A stretch of 63,175 nt of DNA, the filler included, from Lenisia limosa (taxonomy: Eukaryota; Protista; Breviatea), in the NCBI GenBank assembly GCA_001655205.1. It is 10 parts of 10 records of this genome, joined end to end, with 100 filler letters (N's around TTAATTAATTAA, not from the genome) between each part and the next. Parts side by side here need not be neighbours in the genome. Positions count along the whole stretch, not along the records: positions 46,950 to 53,199 come from LPNZ01004878.1; positions 53,300 to 58,973 come from LPNZ01011691.1; positions 59,074 to 61,895 come from LPNZ01006645.1; 7 more parts are not named here. The stretch is one strand, 5' to 3'. The translations under genes and the position numbers were made by a program. The notes under the pieces are model-generated. The model worked only from the letters and a program-made list of their open reading frames with translations, had not been told where the DNA came from and ran no database searches. Positions 51,681 to 61,995 of the stretch are shown here, one piece after another (position 1 is the stretch's first letter; the number at the start of each line of letters is the position of its first letter).

Positions 51681-53095
51681 TTTTAGAAACTGTGGTTTTA
51701 ATTATGTCTAATCACGGCCGAAAGCCAGCCCCAAATCACTTCCCTGTGACCCTCCCTCTTCTCAAAGGTGCTTGGAATGGAGAGGATCCTGATTCAGGGG
51801 AGCCATATCTGTCCGTACGAGAGATAAATATATCTCTCAAAAAGGCAATTGAAGCCTATGTTGACTGCGACAACACTGGAAATCGACCAGAAATGACTTC
51901 ATCCTCCATTTGGACTGCGACAGTTCTTTTTCAATGGTGATTCTAAGAAAAACTTTTACTCGCTCATTAACCCACTTTGTCCACCATACGCTTGTCAAAA
52001 AGTCAAAGGATGTTTTTGTCTTCTTTGGAACTACGAAGGGACGTAAGCCGCTCGGAAATGATGCCAAGAAAGAAGCTGAAGAAACATGCCGCAAGCCACA
52101 ATCGGTAAGAGGTTTTACTTTGTTGTGCAATATTCCCTTCAATCATTTCTATATATTTGTTGATTAGAGAATTGCTGACTTATTTTAGATGGGGGTCTCA
52201 ATGAAGATCGAGGACATTGTGAGAAAGCTACAGGAGATTGACTCAGTGGGGAGAGATTCAAAGACAAAAGCCAAGGCAATCAGAGCTGAAGCCAGAAAGC
52301 GAGTCCCCTCAGACTTGGATCTACAACGGCAGGAAAAGACACAAGTAAGCTCTGCACTTTCTGGATAATTAAATATCTGTTAGTAGTTTTAACTATTTTT
52401 ACGCTTTTTTTTTGTTTATTATTGTGATTTCACTAACATGCGAAGCCAGAGGGCACCTTAATCATGACTCATCTCTGGAATGCTGGAGTTCGCATCGCTA
52501 AAAAGGTTAAATTTGCCTTAAAATCCAAGACAACTATCGAAGCCAAAATGAAAGCATCTATCAAGGCGTATGGTGTGGCTATTACAGCTGAAGAGCTCGT
52601 GAAAACTGACGTCACTGCTCTTCGCTACAAATTGGATGGNNNNNNNNNNNNNNNNNNNNNNNNNNNNNNNNNNNNNNNNNNNNNNNNNNNNNNNNNNNNN
52701 NNNNNNNNNNNNNNNNNNNNNNNNNNNNNNNNNNNNNNNNNNNNNNNNNNNNTTGGAAAAGAAGACAACAAGCAGCTCATCGTTTGATGATGCGGGTAGT
52801 GATATGGCCGACGCTATTGCTCTCGCCACGCAGCTTGCTGTCAACGTCTCAAGACCACTTTCTTTCCTGCATATTCCGGCGAACCACAGAGTTGCTATTT
52901 TAGCACCAGGGAAGGTATGTAGGTATTGCAGTTATCGCTGAGCCAGATTTTCTTTCAAAATTTTACATTATTTTTTTTTAGATTGTATGTGACACCGCTG
53001 ACGTGAAGAAGACAGCCATTCGGCAGCTCCAATGTGACACCTCGCAGGGAGCTATTCTATCCCACCTGACTGCAAGAAAGAGAGGTTGGTTTGAT
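51681..53095 (+). CDS. Unidentified multi-exon basic/helical protein (separate gene or continuation of the upstream one)
   Basis: At least six exons with canonical donors (e.g. FFGTTKGRKPLGND, MGVSMKIEDIVRKLQE, KVKFALKSKTTIEAKMKASIKAYG). No confident family. Confidence 0.45.
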
Positions 53096-53309
53096 GTAAG
53101 GGTTTAAAAAAATTGTCAAAATGTATGATTGAAACGTATTTCTATGTTTTTTTCTTAGGTGGTGCTGAATCACTAGAAACAAGTAAGAGTGATAAGGCAN
53201 NNNNNNNNNNNNNNNNNNNNNNNNNNNNNNNNNNNNNNNNNNNTTAATTAATTAANNNNNNNNNNNNNNNNNNNNNNNNNNNNNNNNNNNNNNNNNNNNC
53301 CCCCCCCCC

Positions 53310-56300
53310 CACTTCCAGTACACGATCTAAAGATCGTTTCGGCATCATGACGCATAGCAGTCTCGCGGGACTGAACAACCGAAAGTGCCTTCTCTGGCTT
53401 GCTGCCTGTCATTGCTTCCCATAGGATAATGCCAAGGGAATAGATGTCACCGGACGCTGAGGGGACCGCGTGCTTCGGAGGGAATTAGGGTGGAGTTACT
53501 TTCATGTAATAATACATGTAGTACACTGACCAAGATAAGTCCTGACACGATTGACTGAAGATAAAGCTCAATATCAGTGTCGAGACTTATCATAATTATG
53601 CATGAGATTGGAAATAAATCAAATATATAGGTAGTATCACACTAATAAGAGATACAATTAATCTAATAATATGGCAACACAGAGCTAAGGGATATAATTC
53701 GGAGTTGCTATATTTTGAGATTTTGAGACCCTTACGAGATATGGGGAAGCAAAAAGTGTATTTGGAGTGGAACATTTGGAATACATCAAAGTCAAACCGT
53801 ATAACCCCCCCCCCCNNNNNNNNNNNNNNNNNNNNNNNNNNNNNNNNNNNNNNNNNNNNNNNNNNNNNNNNNNNNNNNNNNNNNNNNNNNNNNNNNNNNN
53901 NNNNGGGCCTCCACGGAGCCTTCATTTTGCACTCCTCGACAAACAGGCTACAGGCTTTCTGTCGATTCTGAACCTCTGTGGGGCTCTCCTGTGTACTACT
54001 TTGCGTAAGACAGGAGAAAAAGGTAAAACTACTTGTCAGTACGATATTACTCCCCTTCAGACTATTTGCCAATACAAACCCCATGTGTTTAGCGAATTTC
54101 TAGAGCCCCTAAACATACGCTTGGCCAGTCAGGAGGTAAACAGGATTTGAGCTTATGGCATCAGAAAGAACCGGCGACCCGTCCTCGTGAATCAGGACAT
54201 TGGAGCTTGTGATGTTGCCATGGACCACACCATGACTGTGGAGGAAGGCTACTGCGATGCAAATCTGAAAAAGGTCACCATCCTCTGTTTTTTTCTGAAC
54301 ATTCCCTTTTTTATACTTTGTTATTAGCTGATCTTAAAAATGTCACTGTAATCTGGGGTTTTTTTGGATTCTATTCACTTTTTTAATTGAAACGTGAAAA
54401 CACTCACAACAATCTCTTTCATGCTTTGTAATTTGCCGATCTGAAAAATGCCACAATCCTCTTTTTTGTTTTCATTTATTTGTATTATGCTGATGTACTT
54501 TATCTTGTTTGATTGAAAACTTGAAAACTATCACAACAGCCTTTTTTGTGCTTTGTAATTTGCTGATCTGAAAATGTCAAAATCCTCAAGTTTGTTTTTG
54601 TTTTTTGCTTCTTTTTTTTCCAGCTCATCTATTGTTTGGAGGTCCATTGGAAAAATTGCACTATTTTGATCATCTGAAAACAGTCAAAACAATTCTCATT
54701 GTTTTGTTTTGTTTTGCTAAACTTGATATTTTTTTTTTTGAAAATCAAATAGCTATATTTTTTTGCCTTCAAACTTTTTAATGATAACCGTTACCTCTTT
54801 TTTGAACGGAATTGGCTGATCTGAAAAATTATAATCTCTTATTTTGTTACTTCGTTGACTATTTCTAATTCAAACAGTAAAACAATCCTCTTTTTTGTAC
54901 CCAATTCCTCAACTCTCTTCAACTTTGCAATTTGATAATTTGAACCCCTCCCCCCCCCCCCCCNNNNNNNNNNNNNNNNNNNNNNNNNNNNNNNNNNNNN
55001 NNNNNNNNNNNNNNNNNNNNNNNNNNNNNNNNNNNNNNNNNNNNNNNNNNNNNNNNNNNNNNNNNNNNNNNNNNNNNNNNNNNNNNNNNNNNNNNNNNNN
55101 NNNNNNNNNNNNNNNNNNNNNAAAGTCCATTGAAATCTGCGAAATAATCAGGATTGTGGTACAATAAGTGTTTTGTCGTTTTTAGACTAATTTCAAATTT
55201 TATCAATAAATGTCTTCAATTAATTAACTAGATGGCATCCTTGACATAAGGCCATCTTCTGACCATGTAAAGTTTTCCAAGAAAGAGGGAATTTCTCGAT
55301 CTTCGAGAAATATAAATATTTTACAGGTCTTTTTTGGACTGTTGTGAAGCCCTAGTGATTAGTGAACAGTGATATGGTGTGACAGACAACAAAATATTAA
55401 TATACTATATCATATGGCTTCATTAAAACCAGACCCAGAAGGTGTGGCACTTTCCCTTTGCAAACACCAAATATATACCCTATGAAAATGATATCCTTTA
55501 GTTAGGAATTTTTCGGGGTTTTTTTACGAACACGTTTTTTTTCTCCTTTAAACAGAGAGGGCTCACATTCATATACATATAGAGATGAGAAATGAAACCA
55601 GATTGTATCTGGTATAACAGATTTTGAATTACAGTATCTGACAGCGCATATTTTGAATTATAGTATCTCACGGAAGCCGTCCACACCATCACGCTTATAT
55701 GAGATATTGGATTATAACCAAAATTCATCGTACATGTGTCATACCAATAACCCCAAACACAGCCCTCACCATTGGCGGCTTTGATCCCATTGAATAGATC
55801 GGCATAAGATAACGGTGGCGGAGCTCGGAAAGAAGACGCATTTGCTGAAGATGGACTACTGGAGTTCTCGGAGGCTGTGGAGTGAAAATGTGTTGGAGTG
55901 ATGGAATTGAATATGGATCAAGGAATTGAATATGGGTTCCTGGTTATAGAATCCAATGGGGTGTTTTTGAGATGATATCATTGAATTTGGGCGATCTTTG
56001 GGTGTATTTGTGTTTTTGGGCCATTTAATTGAATACGCTCCCAGTATTGGAGAGTAAATATTCCTGTTTGCTGCTAAGTGGACATGGTAAATGGCAGCTG
56101 TATGGAATGTTACGTCGTTATCAGGCTGGCAGCAGCTTCACTTCGAGTTCGAAAAAAACCAGGAAAATATCGATAGAATTTATCGAGAAATTCAGTCTTT
56201 TTTTGAACCGAAGTGAAGCTCTAGCAGCAGGAAGACTCAAGCAGAAGGGCGGGTTCTGCTCTACGCCTCGGTACATCGATACCTCCATGAGCGATAACGC

Positions 56301-57051
56301 GGGAATTTAATCCATGATTGATTAGCAATAGTCCGAGCCCTATTCAAACATGAAACACTTTTTGAGCTGAAGAACATGAGGAGCTGGGGTATTTCTTGAT
56401 CCCCAGTTGGTCCTTTGGGGAATAGCCAAAGGAGAAGCCAAGCACCCCACAAACCAAAGTCCATTTCTTCACGACCACGCCACTGCCCTTCCACATCATC
56501 CGACGAATGAGAGCAGTAGTAGTCACCGAGATCTAAGGTGTGGTGAAAAAGTCACTCAAAGGTGTGGTGAAAAAGTCACCGAGATCTAAGGTGTGTGGTG
56601 AAAAAGTCATCGAGATCTAAGGTGTGAAAAAAAAACGGGAGCAGAAAGTCGTGTATCTGCCTGAATGTTGCACTAGGCTTCTTCTCAAGAAGTTTATACG
56701 GCGAAATAATCGAAATGGTAAGTCATGATGAGAAAAACCGCAAACCTTGGAACCTTTTGAAGAGAAGTCGTTTGAAGAAAGAGTTGCTACTGGCGGAGGA
56801 GTTGACTACATAGTTAAGCAATGTACAATGAAGAAACAACCTTCAGAAGAGCTAAGTATGAAAGGCTGGGTTTATCAGGCTTCCATTTTGACCCACACCA
56901 AGTACACTCTCCCTAAAATATCAAAATGATAGGATTATAGAAGGATACTTACTTCAATACGACATGAAGAACATGTTGTGTGCCCACAATAGTTGACAAC
57001 AGGGTCCTGGGGAACCTTATAGCACTGAATACACAGTATAACTGCAGCCAT
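53310..57051 (-). CDS. RING-HC (C3HC4) finger plus TKL-like pseudokinase; 3'-truncated. Linkage of the two domains into one gene is inferred.
   Basis: ATG 57051: MAAVILCIQCYKVPQDPVVNYCGHTTCSSCRIE|GECTWC. Downstream on the same strand: MWKGSGVVVKK (~56480, N-lobe-like, frame ambiguous), AFLHSHGVVHGNITSSNVLIHEDGSPVLSDAI (54120-54265) and GDIYSLGIILWEAMTGSKP (~53430). Confidence 0.7.
53524..53592. mobile_element. MITE family 2, truncated copy
   Basis: TA-CACTGACCAAGATAAGTCCTGACACGATTGACTGAAGATAAAGCTC, matching 61625. Confidence 0.75.
54320..54880. repeat. Degenerate long-period tandem array (intronic)
   Basis: Recurrent gctgatctgaaaa..cacaatcc units; best pair at ~54385-54460 and ~54510-54590. 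Confidence 0.6.
55262..55352. mobile_element. MITE family 1, degenerate copy
   Basis: Right end GGTCTTTTTTGGACTGTTGTGAAGCCC-TA; TCTCGA core. Confidence 0.7.
56133..56221. mobile_element. MITE family 1 copy
   Basis: GCTTCACTTCGAGTTCGAAAAAAA...GTCTTTTTTTGAACCGAAGTGAAGCTC-TA. Confidence 0.85.
56521..56628. repeat. ~29-bp tandem repeat x4 spanning a minus-strand acceptor
   Basis: gtcaccgagatctaaggtgtggtgaaaaa variants. Confidence 0.85.
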
Positions 57052-57510
57052 GTTTCAATAAAACAAGGTAGAAGAGTAAAAAAGTTGTATCAGGGCCATC
57101 TAAACTAAAATATCCAACTCATTCCTATCATTGAATTATAATATTACAAGATTACAAGCTTTTATCAGAAGCAGTTTTCGTTCAAAGTTCAGAAATGTAT
57201 TGAAGCGGGCAAATCAAATCCGAGGAGTTTTTTTATTTATGCTTTTTGGAAATATTTTTTCATTTTTTCTGCTTCTGCATATTAAGTCTATTTTTTGAGT
57301 GTAGCCATATTGGATGTTAAAGTAGTTACAAACGCTAAATAAGAAATGCATACACCTTTGTAACAGAATCCAAATTCCCCTAAAGCGATTGAAGGAGTGC
57401 CAGACCTGCTGTGCTCCAGGTTCTTCTTAGAATTTAAAAAATACCGCGAAGCGAGTCTTTGAACTTGATCCACGGAGAAATCATGGAAATCTGAACCTTG
57501 ATAAAGCGAT

Positions 57511-58930
57511 ATGAAAGCCCCCCAGCGCACAGATGCGGTGTCTGACCTGCGGATGCGGCTGATACTGGTATTTGGGCATTATAGAAGACGTGGTTTTGTC
57601 AAATTCCTCTCTCTCTCTCTCTTTCCTCACATTGCTGCGCTGTTCATATTTTCAGATTACGCATGCCTACAACGAGCTTGACTTAGAGCTGAAGAGGCAG
57701 AAGGAAGACTTCAATCGAAAGCTTCAAGCTGAAGAGAAGAAGACAAGGGAGCAGTTTGAGGAGATTGACTTGGGTTGAATCTTTTCTGTTTTGTTGAACC
57801 ATTCTATCTTCATGTTACCCATTCCTTCATTTTAATAACTAGAAAAGATTTGGGAAAGTATCAAAGATTAAACGATTTCAATACATATCGTGTCAAAGGG
57901 AATGTAAGGATATTAATCGTCTTCTTTCGCTTCATTAATTGATTCATTTCTATTTGAGTCTTCTCATCACCACTTAGAGCGCGACAGTTCGATAAAGTTC
58001 GGGAATCCCATTCGGAAGAAACAGCCGCTCTGCAAACTGCAATCACCGCACTCAGCGCCCAGGTCTGCCTTAAGTTATAGAAACAAAAATAACGCATGAA
58101 ATAAATGATAAGATACATTTCCTGGAGTGATGGGATGCGGNNNNNNNNNNNNNNNNNNNNNNNNNNNNNNNNNNNNNNNNNNNNNNNNNNNNNNNNNNNN
58201 NNNNNNNNNNNNNNNNNNNNNNNNNNNNNNNNNNNNNNNNNNNNNNNNNNNNNNNNNNNNNNNNNNNNNNNNNGGAGCATGGAACTGGCCAATTGTACCG
58301 AGTCAACGAACTGGAAGAAGAGAACCTCTACCTCAAGACAGTCATTGACGAGAAGCAGGAGGAACTCAAAATGCTGTATCAGTATCAGCCTAAAGGGTTT
58401 GCGCGTTTCAGCTTACACTTTTTTATAGTTTTCTGCTGCAGAAGCGAATAGCCTGGGCTTTTTTGTTTTGTTGTTTTCAACCCTCATAGAAATGATTTTG
58501 AGGCTCACGTTGATAGGAGTGTTCGGAAGCGATTAGTGTCGAATGCGAAGATCTACGAGAATGCTCAGCAGCATTTTGACAGTCTTGGCGACTTGCTAAG
58601 TCAAAAAGACTCAAAGGTGAGCCGAATATTGTTTGGTGGAGCTATTATTTTGATGTTTTTTTTTGAAAGAGTTAAATGCCCTATAGCTCATAAAAATTTT
58701 CATCAAATGACTTATTATATGATCAAAATGACGATCTAATGCGTTACAAATGATAATCAAATGCGTTATAACTCACGTAAATGATGATTAAACGCCTTCA
58801 AGAACATAAAAAGGATTGCCAAATATCTCACCAACATAGCTCACGCAAATGATGATCAAATGGCGAGAAATGTTGGGGAGGGAAGCGGCAGCAACAGCGC
58901 GATGCAAGATACTTGATTATCAAGTGGCTG
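57511..58930 (+). CDS. Coiled-coil protein, unidentified
   Basis: Exons MKAPQRTDAVSDLRMRLIL, ITHAYNELDLELKRQKEDFNRKLQAEEKKTREQFEE, ARQFDKVRESHSEETAALQTAITALSAQ and VNELEEENLYLKTVIDEKQEELK. Confidence 0.6.
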
Positions 58931-59699
58931 TGAGAGGGGGGGAGGGTAAAGACTATCAAGCTGTGTGTAAGTANNNNNNNNNNNNNNNNNNNNNNNNNNN
59001 NNNNNNNNNNNNNNNNNTTAATTAATTAANNNNNNNNNNNNNNNNNNNNNNNNNNNNNNNNNNNNNNNNNNNNCTTTATTTAATAATGGAATTGTGACGT
59101 GATAAAGTAACCCTCCAAAAACCACAACTTATCTTTTTAGTTCATTTCGCGAGGCGATCTTTTTGCCCATCAATCCTCTCGAAGTTTGCTGAACCGCCTC
59201 AGTTCGTTATGCGGCCAGTTCTTTAAGACGTTTCATGCCACTTCAATGGGAGTGTGTTGGGTGTAAAATTGGAAATTTTGAAACAGAACCTGAGGGTGCT
59301 TGTATAAGCCCCACACTTCCCCCAGCTTAACGAAATGAACCGTCCCTCACTTCTCCTTTAGAAACTATGGACCACTCTGGAGTCCGATGTTTGGATTGCC
59401 ACACCGCTAGAAGAGGGTAGCCTAGCCAGTTTGCGTGAAATCAACGTGCCTCCTCCACAGGTTGGAAATTGGCATGTTGTTTTGAGCGCGACACAAAGAG
59501 GGATTCTTTTTTGAGAGCTTCACTTTCTGTTCAAAAAGTCGTGTGAAATATTGATGTTTAGCGATGATTTCAATACAGACATTATACTAGATGTTTCGAG
59601 GATTTATCGAGAATATGGACATTATCATATGTATAACCAGAGTTGAGTCTTTTTCAACCCCGTCCCTTTAGTGTTTTTGTTTGATAATATCCTTCGCTC

Positions 59700-60030
59700 A
59701 CCCCCTAAGACAGTAGTCACAACCAAGGGTTCCGCCCCCACTGCCCCCAAGAAAGACACCGGTTTGTGTTGTTGGATACTTTTTATCTAGTAAATAATAT
59801 ATCATATCATATGTACCTCATAGTCAATATGAAGTTTTATATTTGATTTTTTACATACTGTAATATTACATATCACCTTTACGCAATTCTTCATCGTAAT
59901 TTCCTTCGTTTTACTCCCCCCGCAGCAGTCAACTACACCTGCGCAGTCCTGGAGGAATTTATCAACAATGGGATGAAGGATGACGAGGTAGAGAGCCAGC
60001 CACAACATGAGGAGAGTGATAGCGGCAGGG
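59700..60030 (-). CDS. Possible membrane-protein exons, unidentified
   Basis: Hydrophobic exon AAITLLMLWLALYLVILHPIVDKFLQDCA with a GT donor, and a further GTGAG donor at ~59702. Confidence 0.3.
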
Positions 60031-60339
60031 NNNNNNNNNNNNNNNNNNNNNNNNNNNNNNNNNNNNNNNNNNNNNNNNNNNNNNNNNNNNNNNNNNNNNN
60101 NNNNNNNNNNNNNNNNNNNNNNNNNNNNNNNNNNNNNNNNNNNNNNNNNNNNNNNNNNNNNNNNNNNNNNNNNNNNNNATTATCAGGGTATGTTCTGAGT
60201 GCTGTGCGTCGCCAATTGACCGCCTTTTGTGACCTGCACCATAACATCGCATTCATATATTATAGCTATATATACATACTATGATATAATATAAATTGTA
60301 TGTTGATACATTTACCTCATATCTCCCTCTCATAAAATA

Positions 60340-60380
60340 CACTGACCACGATAAGTCTTGATACGGATATTGAGCTTTAC
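60340..60380. mobile_element. MITE family 2 fragment
   Basis: TA-CACTGACCACGATAAGTCTTGATACGGATATTGAGCTTT. Confidence 0.65.
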
Positions 60381-60429
60381 CTCAACACGAAGATCCCCTT
60401 CGCCCAGCTCTTGTCTTCGAATATATCTA

Positions 60430-60526
60430 GGGCTTCACTTCGGTTCGAAAAAGATCGGTAACATATCGATAGTTTTCGAGGATTTATCGAGAAATTCAGT
60501 CTTTTTTTCGAACCGAAGTGAAGCGC
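60430..60526. mobile_element. MITE family 1 copy within an extended 131-bp palindrome (60413-60543)
   Basis: Near-consensus copy; its 17-bp flanks are perfect reverse complements of each other. Confidence 0.9.
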
Positions 60527-61220
60527 TAGATATATTCGAAGACTCGTGATGCTGTGGAAAACTTCGGCCAAATACTATAATATTACCCCCGAAAGTTCCT
60601 TGTTTCCACCTCCACCTTTCAACTCATTCGTATATCCTCACTTTGTTTTTTGTTAAAAGAATGTCGTTAAAACCCAAGTACATTATTTTTAATAGAAACG
60701 GGAAAATAATAGATATATTTGTATCATCAGAAAGATGAATTGATTACATTATGATACAGTATTTTTAACAAAAACGGAGGGCTTCGTCCATATTCTACCT
60801 TGTTATTAATCCCATCAGAAACCCCCCGAAAGTTCCTGGTTTCCACGTCCACTGTCCAACTCATCCGAATAATCGGTTCCTACCTGTCTTTGCTCGAGGC
60901 CCTTCCCACAGTTGCTGCTGAAGTGACTACTGGCCTTACCCAGATCCGTGGGGGGGGGGGGGNNNNNNNNNNNNNNNNNNNNNNNNNNNNNNNNNNNNNN
61001 NNNNNNNNNNNNNNNNNNNNNNNNNNNNNNNNNNNNNNNNNNNNNNNNNNNNNNNNNNNNNNNNNNNNNNNNNNNNNNNNNNNNNNNNNNNNNNNNNNNN
61101 NNNNNNNNNNNNNAGCCTCAAGGTGGGGGGGGGGGGATACGAATCTTTGTTACAAAAAGATTTATAGAGAAATTCAGTCTTTTTTGGGCCTCATGGTATT
61201 ATCATATCATGTTACAAATA

Positions 61221-61518
61221 GGCCTTCCCTGGGGTCCGAAAAAGACCGGGAATATAGCGATATTTATCGAGTGGATACTTTCTTGGGCAAAATCCTGATT
61301 TCTTGATGTTCAATGCGTCTCTTTCTCTTTTCTCTTTTCAAATGATTGTATCTTTCAATAACAATCAATTCAGAGAGCAAAGGATAACAATTGTTTGAGA
61401 TCACCCAAAAAAGAAAAATGAGACACTTTGTTTTTTTTTTTTTGTTCTGTTTGATTTAAAAAAAACTTGTGCAAGACATCTCGCTGTAAACGGTCTTTTT
61501 CAGACCGTAGGGAAGCCC
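61221..61518. mobile_element. Longer (298 bp) family 1 derivative, 'CTTCCC' subfamily
   Basis: TA-GGCCTTCCCTGGGGTCCGAAAAAGACCG at 61221 pairs with CGGTCTTTTTCAGACCGTAGGGAAGCCC-TA ending 61518. Confidence 0.7.
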
Positions 61519-61624
61519 TACATCTCACACGATATATTCCTCTCACTGTCAGTAGAGGGCTTTCAGTCGTATGATGTCACAACACCATTATGTGATATAC
61601 GTACATAGTATGATTTTTTCTGTA

Positions 61625-61740
61625 CACTGACCGCGATAAGTCCTGACATGGTTGAATAAAGATAAAGCTCACTATCCGTGTCAGAACTTATCACAGTCGG
61701 TATCTTTAGTCAATCGTGCCAGGACTTATCGCGGTCACTG
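61625..61740. mobile_element. MITE family 2 (Tc1/pogo-like TA-CA[C/G]TG ends), full copy 116 bp
   Basis: TA-CACTGACCGCGATAAGTCCTGAC...GCCAGGACTTATCGCGGTCACTG; ~40-bp imperfect TIR. Confidence 0.82.
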
Positions 61741-61995
61741 GACTCCTCTCACAATTTGAGCGTGCTATTCTTTCTCCCATAAAATGCTCACATAAGATAT
61801 TAATCTGCTCCATGAAATGTTATTCCATAAAAATGGCATTTCAGCTCCCATAAAAATGACAATCTAGCGGGTCCTTAGCCGCATGAAGGCCACTCNNNNN
61901 NNNNNNNNNNNNNNNNNNNNNNNNNNNNNNNNNNNNNNNTTAATTAATTAANNNNNNNNNNNNNNNNNNNNNNNNNNNNNNNNNNNNNNNNNNNN

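Noticed and set aside
55390-55900. ATP synthase subunit g-like small gene on the minus strand
   Set aside because: Resemblance was superficial; the exons fit better inside the RING-pseudokinase locus, and one overlaps the dispersed CCGTCCACACCA motif.
56521-56628. Possible CRISPR array (~29-bp repeats)
   Set aside because: Units are adjacent with no unique spacers, and the context is a eukaryotic intron with no cas genes.
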